Positions 20,947 through 30,351 are shown, counted from the stretch's first letter. The stretch: DNA of 52,027 nt from Patescibacteria group bacterium (GCA_963169815.1 CAUJDC010000025.1:1-52027); one strand, 5' to 3'. Numbers and translations are program-made. The notes: a model not told the origin generated them from the sequence alone.

Positions 20947-21129
20947 ATGAAAATTCGCAAACTTTCGCCATCGGCCTACGTCCTGCGCAAGCAATGGGAA
21001 CTTGAGGACAAAAAAGTCTTTGCCAAATTCAGGAAAGACGAAGCGGTTTTGCAGGTGATTAATGCTTTGGCGGAGATGATTGTGCGAATGCAGGTGCGAC
21101 AACCAGAGGAACCAAAAGTGCAATTTTAG
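20947..21129 (+). CDS. Small hypothetical protein (60 aa) between hsdM and hsdS
   Basis: It fills the hsdM-hsdS gap on the same strand. No motif was recognised. Confidence 0.35.
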   Translation: MKIRKLSPSAYVLRKQWELEDKKVFAKFRKDEAVLQVINALAEMIVRMQVRQPEEPKVQF

Positions 21130-21163
21130 CCATAATGTTACGGAATTCAGTAAGAATAAAATA

Positions 21164-22459
21164 ATGCAGATTCAACTCAAGAAACATCACGGGCGGTACA
21201 GCAAATACAAGCAAACGGGAATACCGTGGCTTGGTGAGGTGCCTGAAGAATGGGAAGTGAAGAAGTTAAATCTAGCTTATGCTTTTGAAAAGGGTCAAAA
21301 TGCGCAAGTATTTACGGCTGAATATATCTCTGACGAAAATAACATTGGAGAGTACCCCGTTTATAGCGGTCAAACTGAAAATGATGGAGTAATGGGGATG
21401 ATAAATGCTTATATTTATGACAGGGAGTTTTCAATTTTTGTCACAACAGTTGGAGGAAAAGTAATGACGCCAATGTTTATTAAGGGAAAGTTTAGTCTAT
21501 CTCAAAATTGCGCCTTATTTAGGGCGAGAAATAAGAAGAAGATCTGTGATAAATATTTTTTTTATCAGCTATTTCCTCTTTTTGAAATGGAAAAAGCAAA
21601 TATTCCATCTCATATGCAACCTTCTTTAAGAATTTCTGATTTGAATAGATATATTGTTGCCTTTCCACATATTGTTGAGCAAAAAAATATTGCTCAGTAC
21701 CTCGATTTAAAAATTGATTTGGTTGATCAACTTATTGCAAGTAAGCAAAATCAAATTAATCTTTTGCAGAACAAACGCACCAGTTTGATATATCGAGCTG
21801 TAACTCTTGGGATTGATGAGCGTGTGGGAATGAAAGAAAGTGGTGTGGAATGGATTGGGAAAATTCCAATGCACTGGCAATTAATGCCTTTGTTTACGAT
21901 CGCCAAAGAACAGCAGAATAAGAATATTGGCAATAAGATCGACAATGTCCTTTCATTGAGTTATGGCAAAATAATCCGTCGAGATGTAGAAAACAATTTC
22001 GGATTATTACCTGAATCGTTTGAAACATATCAAATAGTTGATTCTGGAAACATCATTCTTCGTTTAACAGATCTTCAAAATGACAAAAGAAGTCTGAGGG
22101 TTGGCCTAGTAAAGGAGCGTGGAATTATAACTTCAGCCTATGTGTGTTTGTCAGTAAAAAAACAAATGCTGTCTGATTATTTATATGTTTTACTACATTC
22201 GTATGATTTGGAAAAAGTGTTTTATAATTTGGGTGCTGGAGTTCGTCAAACAATGAAATTTTCTGATCTAAAGCGGTTGCCAATTCCTTTACCTCCGATC
22301 CAAGAGCAGCAAAGGATAGTTGATTTCCTCAATTCTGAAACTCGGAAAATTGATAGGGCTGTAGCTATTATCAAGCAGTCAATTTCTTTCCTTGAGGAAT
22401 ATAAGACTTCTCTTATTTCCCATGTGGTAACTGGAAAAATTAAAGTAACTAACTCTTAA
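21164..22459 (+). CDS. hsdS: Type I R-M specificity subunit HsdS
   Basis: It has two target-recognition domains, each followed by a conserved helical spacer (EQKNIAQYLD... and EQQRIVDFLN...). ATG 21164 is preferred over the track start at 21080. Confidence 0.9.
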   Translation: MQIQLKKHHGRYSKYKQTGIPWLGEVPEEWEVKKLNLAYAFEKGQNAQVFTAEYISDENNIGEYPVYSGQTENDGVMGMINAYIYDREFSIFVTTVGGKVMTPMFIKGKFSLSQNCALFRARNKKKICDKYFFYQLFPLFEMEKANIPSHMQPSLRISDLNRYIVAFPHIVEQKNIAQYLDLKIDLVDQLIASKQNQINLLQNKRTSLIYRAVTLGIDERVGMKESGVEWIGKIPMHWQLMPLFTIAKEQQNKNIGNKIDNVLSLSYGKIIRRDVENNFGLLPESFETYQIVDSGNIILRLTDLQNDKRSLRVGLVKERGIITSAYVCLSVKKQMLSDYLYVLLHSYDLEKVFYNLGAGVRQTMKFSDLKRLPIPLPPIQEQQRIVDFLNSETRKIDRAVAIIKQSISFLEEYKTSLISHVVTGKIKVTNS

Positions 22460-22462
22460 GCC

Positions 22463-23287
22463 ATGAAATTTCAATATTTCACATACTTTTTGAACCCGAT
22501 ATCTCAGCAGTCTCTGTTCCCTGACCAGAGGGATAAAAATGATATTTTAATGGGAATCATGGAGAAAAAGATGGAATATAAACATATGAAATCTGACATG
22601 GTTTATGTGTTTCACAGAAAGGAGTGGAAATATTTACACGGAAAGCTTGGTAAAAAATCATCTATCAAAAGAACTCTTCCTTCTGATCATGATTTTGTTG
22701 AGCATGTCGATATAAATTACCCATATTGCAATTTATTATTGAATTTGGACAATGATGCGGAAACTGGCCAAAAAATTGCTTTTGAGTATAACTCTGTTGT
22801 TTTTCAGTCGCCAGAGGCTCAAATTAAAGCACTAGAAAAACAATTAAATACTCTTTTGTTTTCAAATGGTTATGCCATCTCAATTCATCCAGTAGTTGAT
22901 CAAAAAGAATTTTGGGCATTGGCAAAGAAATATGATGGAAAAATTGAAAAACTGATTTTTACTTATGCTGTTCCTAATCTTTTTAATCTTGAGAACGAGC
23001 TTTCAGAGGATTTGAAGCAGTCTGGTCAAAAGTATGGGATTACAAATGCTGCTATTGAATTTGAGAATAAAGCAGGTCAATTAATAATCCCTGAAAATGA
23101 CCCTTTCATGAAACAAAGTGCGGAATATACTGGAAAAGGTGGTGGCGAATATAGGCTTAAGGTTAAAGGGATGAAATCAGAGATTAGTAGCAATAAGAAC
23201 GTAAAAACTAAGTCCATTGAAGATATTGACTTGAGTACTGATGATAAGGAAACCTTTCTAGAGGCAGTTAATACAATTTTTAAGTAA
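22463..23287 (+). CDS. Uncharacterised 274-aa soluble protein embedded in the Type I R-M operon
   Basis: It starts 4 nt after hsdS on the same strand. I could not identify any catalytic motif. Confidence 0.7.
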   Translation: MKFQYFTYFLNPISQQSLFPDQRDKNDILMGIMEKKMEYKHMKSDMVYVFHRKEWKYLHGKLGKKSSIKRTLPSDHDFVEHVDINYPYCNLLLNLDNDAETGQKIAFEYNSVVFQSPEAQIKALEKQLNTLLFSNGYAISIHPVVDQKEFWALAKKYDGKIEKLIFTYAVPNLFNLENELSEDLKQSGQKYGITNAAIEFENKAGQLIIPENDPFMKQSAEYTGKGGGEYRLKVKGMKSEISSNKNVKTKSIEDIDLSTDDKETFLEAVNTIFK

Positions 23288-23293
23288 AAAAAC

Positions 23294-23722
23294 ATGAAAC
23301 TACTTGGAATTATTTTTTTCAACATCATACTCGGCGCGGGATTTATTCTGCTGAACCAATTAGTTGGCAACTGTTTTTTGAAGAATTTTTTAGACAACCA
23401 GATATTGCCTATCGGCTCAACAATTTTAGGGTTTAACCTTGCTGGTATTATATTTCTAATAGGGCATATAACTGAAATTGAAAGCAAGACGAATGCAGAT
23501 TTTTCGGCTTCTAAAAGAGAACTAAAACATAATATTTATTTTTTAGGATTGGTTTTTGTTGCAATCCTACTTCTCTTATTTGTAAATCCAACACCCACTC
23601 AATACAAATATGTAGATTTTGGTTTTAACGCTCTCATAATGACTTTGTTTTTCATGCAGTTTTACGCGGTATATGAAATTCTCAATGCGGTTTTTCATTT
23701 AAAAACAACTAAAAAATCTTAA
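23294..23722 (+). CDS. Uncharacterised small membrane protein (142 aa, ~4 TM helices)
   Basis: It has four hydrophobic segments and starts 7 nt after the preceding ORF. Confidence 0.65.
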   Translation: MKLLGIIFFNIILGAGFILLNQLVGNCFLKNFLDNQILPIGSTILGFNLAGIIFLIGHITEIESKTNADFSASKRELKHNIYFLGLVFVAILLLLFVNPTPTQYKYVDFGFNALIMTLFFMQFYAVYEILNAVFHLKTTKKS

Positions 23723-23734
23723 CTTTTTATAACC

Positions 23735-24820
23735 ATGCAACCATTTAAACCCCACAAATTGCCGATAAAAAATCTCGACTGGACTCGATTTATTCACCTT
23801 ATTGGTGAGTCAAATCGGGAGGTTGCACGTTTTGATGGTCTTTTGCAGAGCATGCAGAATCCTGGGGTGTTGCTTTCACCATTGACCACACAGGAAGCCG
23901 TGCTTTCATCGAAAATTGAGGGTACGCAGGTGACTTTGCAGGAAGTGTTGGAGTTTGAGGCAGATCCAACCGAACATGCAGAGAAACATGATGACATTGA
24001 GGAGGTTTTGAATTACCGAAAGGCAATGCACTATGCTGTGGAAAATCTGGATAAAGTGTCGTTTTCTGGAAGGCTGATTAAAGGCGTTCACTCAATTTTG
24101 CTTGATGGTGTGAGAGGAGAAAATAAAGATCGTGGAAATTTTAGAAGCGGACAAGTGCACATCGGGAAATCAAAGAAGATTGAAGAGGCAAGCTATGTTC
24201 CTCCTGCACCTCATGATATCGCTGATGCGTTCTCGAATCTTGAGAAGTATTGCCACGAAACCGAAAAAGACGATCTTGTTCAATTGGCCATTATTCACGC
24301 CCAGTTTGAGATTATTCACCCGTTTTGGGATGGAAATGGTCGTGTTGGACGTATCATTCTGCCACTTTTTCTTTATTTCAAGAAAGTGCTAACAAGTCCG
24401 ATGTTTTACCTAAGTGCCTATTTTGAAAAAAATAGGGATGAATATTATCAGTATTTGAAAGGGGTTTCCGAGAAAAATGATTGGGAATCATGGATTGAAT
24501 ATTTCTTACAGGCGGTTGTGACTCAGGCGAAAGAGAATGTTATCAAGGCTAAGGCGATTCATAGCCTTTATGACCAGAAAAAGAATCGAATAGTTGGTTT
24601 GACTCATTCACAGTTCGCAATCAAAACTTTAGATTTTCTTTTTTCTTATCCGATTTTTACATCCGCGCAATTTGTAAAGCTAACAGGAATTCCGCAAGGA
24701 ACTGCTCTTCGTTTATTGAGTAAGTTGAAACAAGGGGAGGTAATTACCGAGATGCGCACAAAAAAAGGACGTTCGGCTATGATTTATCTGTTTCCAAAGC
24801 TTTTGAAAATAACTGGTTAA
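23735..24820 (+). CDS. Fic family protein (Fic_N + Fic + C-terminal winged helix)
   Basis: Fic motif HPFWDGNGRVGR, N-terminal inhibitory-helix-like SSKIEG, and a C-terminal HTH-like region. Confidence 0.92.
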   Translation: MQPFKPHKLPIKNLDWTRFIHLIGESNREVARFDGLLQSMQNPGVLLSPLTTQEAVLSSKIEGTQVTLQEVLEFEADPTEHAEKHDDIEEVLNYRKAMHYAVENLDKVSFSGRLIKGVHSILLDGVRGENKDRGNFRSGQVHIGKSKKIEEASYVPPAPHDIADAFSNLEKYCHETEKDDLVQLAIIHAQFEIIHPFWDGNGRVGRIILPLFLYFKKVLTSPMFYLSAYFEKNRDEYYQYLKGVSEKNDWESWIEYFLQAVVTQAKENVIKAKAIHSLYDQKKNRIVGLTHSQFAIKTLDFLFSYPIFTSAQFVKLTGIPQGTALRLLSKLKQGEVITEMRTKKGRSAMIYLFPKLLKITG

Positions 24821-25022
24821 TTCTTAACTGTCACGAATGACACATAAAATCTTTTATCTCTCGCAATTGTAAAAACATGAGAGATAAAGTAAGTTAACTC
24901 TCACATATGAAACTTAAGTTAGTTTGTAGCTCATAAAATCGAAAATATGAGCGATAAAAAGAATTATAGCTCATCTGTTAGCTACAACGTTGTAACAATA
25001 ACTTCTAAACTTTAACGAAAAT

Positions 25023-27956
25023 ATGCCAACCAATACCCGTGAAATCGGCTTTGAAGCCTACATTGAAACCTTTCTCATCGATCAAAACGGCTATGAAAAG
25101 CGCAAGCCTGAAAACTACGATAAGGCCTTATGTGTCGATCGTGAGGTGACTTTGCGGTTTATCAAAGAGACTCAGCCGAAGGAATGGGATCTTTTGGCAG
25201 AACATCATGGTAGTTTTGCGGAAGAAAAGTTTTTTAAGCGGCTGAATGAGGAAGTTAAGGCGCGTGGACTGCTTGATGTTCTGCGTACTGGCATTAAAGA
25301 CAACGGTTCATCTTTTTCTTTGGCTTACTTCAGGCCTGTAACGAGCATTAATGAAGAAACGCGTAAACTTTATGAAGGAAATATTTTTAGCGTGATGCGT
25401 CAGGTGAAGTACAGTGCACGAAATGAAAATTCGATTGATATGGTGATTTTTTTGAATGGTTTGCCGATATTTACCATTGAACTCAAGAATCAGCTGACTG
25501 GCCAGTCTGTGACGAACGCTTTGAGGCAATACAAGACTGATCGCGATCCAAACGAGCCTTTGTTGCAATTTAAACGGGCTTTGACGCACTTTGCTGTGGA
25601 TACCGACGAAGTGTACATGACGACTAAGCTTGAAGGGCTTAAAACCTTTTTCTTGCCCTTCAACAAAGGCAATGAAATGTCCGCAGGTAATCCGCCAGCC
25701 AAGAACAAATACAAGACAGAGTACGTGTGGGAAGATATTTGGACAAAAGACACGGTGCTTGAGATAGTTAGCCGCTTTTTGTGCCTGCAAAAAGAGGAAA
25801 AGGTTGATGCAAACGGCAAAAAGAGGATTGAAGAAAAATTGATTTTCCCGCGTTATCACCAGCTTGATGCCGTGCGCAGACTTATTACGAACTCACGAGA
25901 AGTGGGGGCGGGAAAAAACTATCTCATTCAACATAGTGCAGGAAGCGGAAAGAGCAATACGATTGCGTGGGTTGCGCACCGTCTGGCTGATTTGCACGAT
26001 GAAACGGATAAAAAAGTTTTTGATTCCGTGATTATCATCACTGATCGTCGCGTGCTTGATAAACAGCTCCAGAATACGGTTGCACAATTTGAGCAAGTAC
26101 GAGGCGTGGTAAAGAAGATTGATAAGCACAGTTCTCAGCTTCGTGAAGCCTTAGAAAATGGGGAGAAAATTATTATCACCACTTTGCAGAAATTCCCCGT
26201 GATTGTGGAGGATATGGAAAAATTATCGGGGAAGAATTTTGCGGTCATCATCGATGAGGCGCATTCTTCTCAAACTGGTGAAAGTGCAAAGACACTTAAA
26301 CAGGTTTTGACTTTTGATGAACAGGAAAGAGATTACGAGGATGGTGAAGAATTTATTTTGAAAGAAATGAAATCGCGTGGCAGACAAAAGAACGTGAGCT
26401 TTTTGGCATTTACGGCAACACCAAAGCAAAAGACGCTGGAAATGTTCGGAGAAAAACAGTTTGATGGAACGTTTAGACCGTTCTCGATTTATTCGATGAA
26501 ACAGGCTATTGATGAAGGCTTTATTCTGGATGTTCTCAAGAATTACACCACTTACCAGATGTATTTTAACCTGCTCAAAAAAGTGCAGGACGATCCTGAT
26601 TATAAGAAAAAGAAGGCGCAGAGACTGATGGTGGATTTTGTTGGAAAACATGAAGTGGCGATCCAAAAGAAAATCGAAATTATTGTGACTCATTTTTGGG
26701 AAAATATTGCTCGTGAAATAGGCGGTAAAGCTAAGGCAATGATTGTAACCCGTTCACGTTTGCACGCTGTACGTTTCAAGCTGGAGATGGATGCCTATCT
26801 TGCGAAAAACAATTTACCAATGAAGTCATTGGTGGCCTTTTCTGGAACGGTTGATGATGGCGATTTGGAATACACCGAATCTCAAATGAATGGTGTTTCG
26901 GAAAATCAAACAGCGGACACTTTCAAGGAGGATGATTACAAGTTTTTGATTGTGGCGGAAAAATTCCAGACTGGCTTTGATGAGCCGCTTTTGACCGCTA
27001 TGTATGTGGATAAAAAGCTTTCTGGGGTGAATTGCGTGCAGACGCTTTCGCGCTTGAATCGTACAAGGCCTGACAAAGAGGAAACCTTTGTGCTAGATTT
27101 TGTGAATAATACGGACGACATTAAAGAGTCCTTCCAGCCTTATTACACGACAACGGTGCTTGCTGAGGCGACTGATCCAAATATCCTGCATGATTTGCAG
27201 CGCGATATTTTGAACTATAAGCTTTTTGATGAACGAGAGATTGGCGAGTTTTGCAAAATGTATTTCCGTGGAGTTTCTCCAAGTGAGCTGAATGGATTTT
27301 TGGATGTAATTAAGCCTCGTTTTCTGGAACTTGATAAAGAACAACAAACGGACTGCAGGAAGAAAATGAGCGAATATCTCAAGAAATACGCCTTTATTTC
27401 ACAGATCATTTCGTTTAGCGATAGTAGTCTTGAAAAGCTTTATGTTTTCTTACGGCTTTATCGCAGAAAATTGCCGATAACAACGGAGACATTGCCATTT
27501 GAGGTGCTTGACTCAGTCGATTTGGAATCAATCAAAATACCGCAGGTCGGGCAAACCAGTATCACGCTTGAAAATGAAGATGGTGCACTTGAACCGATTG
27601 CAGGACGTGGCCGAGGGAAAAATGAGGATGAGAATGAGGTGTTGTCGAAGATTATCAAGGAGGTTAACGAGCGCTTTGGGACGACTTTTAGTGAAGAAGA
27701 TCGAATCATATTGAACAATCTTACCAAACGCCTGCTCGACCACAATGCGCTTGCAGGAGCGGTTAAAAACAATAATTCGCAAGATGCAGTGAAGGTGAAA
27801 TTTGATGAGGTGTTTGAAAAAGAGCTCATCTCAATGTTCCGCAATAATTTTGACCTGTACCAGAAGTTAGATTCAAATGCTGACTTGAAAGACTACGTCA
27901 ACCGAAAGATGTTTGATTTTATTCAAAAGAAATTGAAGAAGGATGGCGGAAAATAG
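25023..27956 (+). CDS. hsdR: Type I restriction endonuclease subunit HsdR
   Basis: N-terminal nuclease domain (IDMVIFLNGLPIFTIELK), helicase motif I HSAGSGKS, DEAH box IIDEAHSS, and motif VI QTLSRLNR. Confidence 0.95.
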   Translation: MPTNTREIGFEAYIETFLIDQNGYEKRKPENYDKALCVDREVTLRFIKETQPKEWDLLAEHHGSFAEEKFFKRLNEEVKARGLLDVLRTGIKDNGSSFSLAYFRPVTSINEETRKLYEGNIFSVMRQVKYSARNENSIDMVIFLNGLPIFTIELKNQLTGQSVTNALRQYKTDRDPNEPLLQFKRALTHFAVDTDEVYMTTKLEGLKTFFLPFNKGNEMSAGNPPAKNKYKTEYVWEDIWTKDTVLEIVSRFLCLQKEEKVDANGKKRIEEKLIFPRYHQLDAVRRLITNSREVGAGKNYLIQHSAGSGKSNTIAWVAHRLADLHDETDKKVFDSVIIITDRRVLDKQLQNTVAQFEQVRGVVKKIDKHSSQLREALENGEKIIITTLQKFPVIVEDMEKLSGKNFAVIIDEAHSSQTGESAKTLKQVLTFDEQERDYEDGEEFILKEMKSRGRQKNVSFLAFTATPKQKTLEMFGEKQFDGTFRPFSIYSMKQAIDEGFILDVLKNYTTYQMYFNLLKKVQDDPDYKKKKAQRLMVDFVGKHEVAIQKKIEIIVTHFWENIAREIGGKAKAMIVTRSRLHAVRFKLEMDAYLAKNNLPMKSLVAFSGTVDDGDLEYTESQMNGVSENQTADTFKEDDYKFLIVAEKFQTGFDEPLLTAMYVDKKLSGVNCVQTLSRLNRTRPDKEETFVLDFVNNTDDIKESFQPYYTTTVLAEATDPNILHDLQRDILNYKLFDEREIGEFCKMYFRGVSPSELNGFLDVIKPRFLELDKEQQTDCRKKMSEYLKKYAFISQIISFSDSSLEKLYVFLRLYRRKLPITTETLPFEVLDSVDLESIKIPQVGQTSITLENEDGALEPIAGRGRGKNEDENEVLSKIIKEVNERFGTTFSEEDRIILNNLTKRLLDHNALAGAVKNNNSQDAVKVKFDEVFEKELISMFRNNFDLYQKLDSNADLKDYVNRKMFDFIQKKLKKDGGK

Positions 27957-27979
27957 TAGTTTGAATAACAAACCAAGTT

Positions 27980-29644
27980 ATGAAAATTAAGAAAATTAGA
28001 ATTGCTGGATATCGTTCTATTAAGGAAACAATCGAACTTGAACTTGGGGATGTGAATGCTCTTATTGGCGCAAACAATGTGGGAAAAACGAATATTCTTA
28101 ATGCCATTTGGTCAGTTCTTGGTAAAGACTGGGTAACAGTGAATTCTTTTGATGAAAGTGATGTCTTTAAAAATGAATTTGATCAAGATATTGATATCGA
28201 AGTTGAATTTGAAGAACCATACAAATATGAATCTTATAAGGGGGCAGAGCCTGTTGATGTCCCACAAATAAATTTTAGATATACGCGATATAAAGTTGGT
28301 GAATTTGAAGGTCAAAGGAGATTGGAGAAAAGATGCTTGAATGCTAGTGGGCAGCCAGTGCAAGTCTTGTCGAAGAAACCACAAAAAGGAGAAAAAAGGC
28401 AGTATCAACCTTTGATTTCAATACCGCAGCAGATTCAAGAATCAATTCCAGTAATTTATATTGGGGCAAATAGAGAGTTGAAATACCAATTACCTGAGTC
28501 CAAGAATTCACTACTTGGCTCCCTACTTGCTGATGTAAATAAAGATTTTCAGGATCCTGAAAATAAAATGAAAGTTACTAATAAGCAGGGAGAAGAGGTT
28601 GAGGTTTCTCGGGTGGAAAGATTTAATCAATGTATTAAAGCTGCAATTGAGGCTTTGAAAACAGAAGATTTTTTGGCTCTAGAAAAGACAATTCGTGATA
28701 ATGCATTGTTGCAGCTTGGTATTGATCCTGAGCATTCTGGTTTGAATGTTTTCTTTCAGCCATTAACCTCTTTGGATTTTTATAAGTCGCTGAATATTTT
28801 TGTTGAAGAGAATGGATTTAGCTTGAATGCTACTTCATTAGGAGGAGGGTTTCAGAACGCTTTGGTTATTGCAATTTTGAAAGCTTTTGAGGAAAGGAAA
28901 AAATCAGGTGCAGTTTTTCTCATCGAGGAACCAGAGATGTTTTTGCATCCTCAAATGCAGCGATCTTTGTATAAAACTATACGTAAAATTGGGAAAACTA
29001 ATCAGGTTATTTATACAACGCATTCTCCTCATTTCGTAACAATTCCAGAATATGATGAAATAGTTTTGGTGAGTAAAAATGAAAATGGTACAAAAAGACG
29101 AAAGAGCTCTCTTCCAAAGACAACAGAACTTGAGCAAAAGCTTAGGAAGGAGCTTGATCCAGAAAGAAGCGAGTTTTTCTTCGCTAAAAGAGTCCTTTTT
29201 GTAGAAGGAGATACCGAAAAATTGGCATTGCCTGAATACGCCATCAGAGAGGCGTTGGATTTTGACGGGGTTGGTGGAACAATTGTAGAGGTTGGAGGGA
29301 AAAGGAATCTCCAGATGATGGCTGACATTGCACTTTCTTTCGACATATCTACTGGAATTATTTTCGATACAGATTCGTCTGATTTTAGTGACAAAACAGA
29401 AGAGAAAGAATTCAATGAATTACTGGATGGATATTCTAAAAAGGGTGCAAAAGTTTGGAAATTTGAGAAAAATTATGAAGAAGAATTGAAAAAAGCTCTT
29501 ACAGACAACGTTTATCAGACTGCTTGTCAGAAGTATCCAAAAACATCAAAGGCTATAAAAGCCAGATTGATCGCGCAAGATACAACCTATTCTGTTCCAG
29601 ATTTTATTAAGCCAATTATTAAATGGCTTGCAAATAAAGAATAA
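27980..29644 (+). CDS. OLD-family ATP-dependent nuclease (ABC-type ATPase + Toprim), standalone
   Basis: N-terminus IKKIRIAGYRSI...LIGANNVGKTN (Walker A), Walker B FLIEEPEMFLHP, and THSPHF. Toprim motifs are LFVEGDTEKLALP and IIFDTDS. No partner helicase follows. Confidence 0.85.
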   Translation: MKIKKIRIAGYRSIKETIELELGDVNALIGANNVGKTNILNAIWSVLGKDWVTVNSFDESDVFKNEFDQDIDIEVEFEEPYKYESYKGAEPVDVPQINFRYTRYKVGEFEGQRRLEKRCLNASGQPVQVLSKKPQKGEKRQYQPLISIPQQIQESIPVIYIGANRELKYQLPESKNSLLGSLLADVNKDFQDPENKMKVTNKQGEEVEVSRVERFNQCIKAAIEALKTEDFLALEKTIRDNALLQLGIDPEHSGLNVFFQPLTSLDFYKSLNIFVEENGFSLNATSLGGGFQNALVIAILKAFEERKKSGAVFLIEEPEMFLHPQMQRSLYKTIRKIGKTNQVIYTTHSPHFVTIPEYDEIVLVSKNENGTKRRKSSLPKTTELEQKLRKELDPERSEFFFAKRVLFVEGDTEKLALPEYAIREALDFDGVGGTIVEVGGKRNLQMMADIALSFDISTGIIFDTDSSDFSDKTEEKEFNELLDGYSKKGAKVWKFEKNYEEELKKALTDNVYQTACQKYPKTSKAIKARLIAQDTTYSVPDFIKPIIKWLANKE

Positions 29645-29651
29645 AATTTTC

Positions 29652-29753
29652 TTGCATCCCTGTTCCGAATTAGTATAATTACCTCGTAAGATTTTGAGTC
29701 TCTAAAGACCAGTTTGTCCACGAAAACGTGGGCGAAAAACTGGCCTTTTTTTG
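29652..29753 (+). ncRNA. Candidate ~70-nt small RNA or attenuating leader (consensus-like promoter followed by a strong terminator)
   Basis: TTGCAT (29652-29657), a 16-nt spacer, then TATAAT (29674-29679). The hairpin is CCAGTTT (29709-29715) / AAACTGG (29737-29743) with an inner CCACG/CGTGG stem. It is followed by CCTTTTTTT. Confidence 0.4.
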
Positions 29754-29798
29754 TGTTCCAAAATCTTGCGAATGTTACAAATGTTATACGAATAGGCT

Positions 29799-30152
29799 AT
29801 GCTCGGAAAACCGCATACCATAAAGGCAAAGAAGAAATTTCTGGAGGCGCTGAAAAAGCGTCGAGGAATTGTGACTTTGGCGTGCAAGGAAGCGGATGTT
29901 TCGCCGATGACTTTTTATCGCTGGCAGAACGATGATTCCGAATTTTACCAGATGTCTGAGGAAATTCGGGATGTTGAGATTGGCATCATTGCCGAGGACA
30001 GGCTGGCCGAATATATCATCGTCCACAAAGACCCGAACATGATCCGCTTTTATCTGCAGTCCAGAAGCAGAAAGTACATTCAAAGACTTCAAATGCAAAC
30101 TGAAGACCCGTCCAAGGTTTTGGCCGATCTCTTGAAGCTGGATGAGTTTTGA
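29799..30152 (+). CDS. Phage-type HTH protein (phBC6A51 / terminase-small-subunit-like homeodomain)
   Basis: KKKFLEALKKRRGIVTLACKEADVSPMTFYRWQNDDSEF resembles phBC6A51-type HTH proteins. Confidence 0.6.
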   Translation: MLGKPHTIKAKKKFLEALKKRRGIVTLACKEADVSPMTFYRWQNDDSEFYQMSEEIRDVEIGIIAEDRLAEYIIVHKDPNMIRFYLQSRSRKYIQRLQMQTEDPSKVLADLLKLDEF

Positions 30153-30340
30153 CCCGTACCCGCAAAATAATGAATACACATGAAGAATCACAACCTGCTG
30201 GAAACCTCACTGAAACGCAAAAGAAAGAATTGCGCAGCCTTTTTGAGCCAAAATACGGGTATGAACTCAGCGACGAGGATTTGTTTGAAATCCACTTTAA
30301 CCTGAAGCGCTTTTTTATGGCTGTCAGCAAAGTATCTTAA
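30149..30340 (+). CDS. Small hypothetical protein (63 aa)
   Basis: Its start overlaps the preceding stop (ATGA). No motif was recognised. Confidence 0.4.
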   Translation: MTRTRKIMNTHEESQPAGNLTETQKKELRSLFEPKYGYELSDEDLFEIHFNLKRFFMAVSKVS

Positions 30341-30351
30341 CCTTCTTTCAC

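Noticed and set aside
21080-21163. Upstream extensions of track ORFs for hsdS (21080), ABC subunit 2 (39062), VIT1 (42878), ccdA (47279), nrtR (16531) and pnuC (GTG 14873)
   Set aside because: The extensions are Cys/Arg-rich or overlap the preceding gene heavily. Internal ATGs adjacent to or overlapping the upstream stop give N-termini typical of the families.
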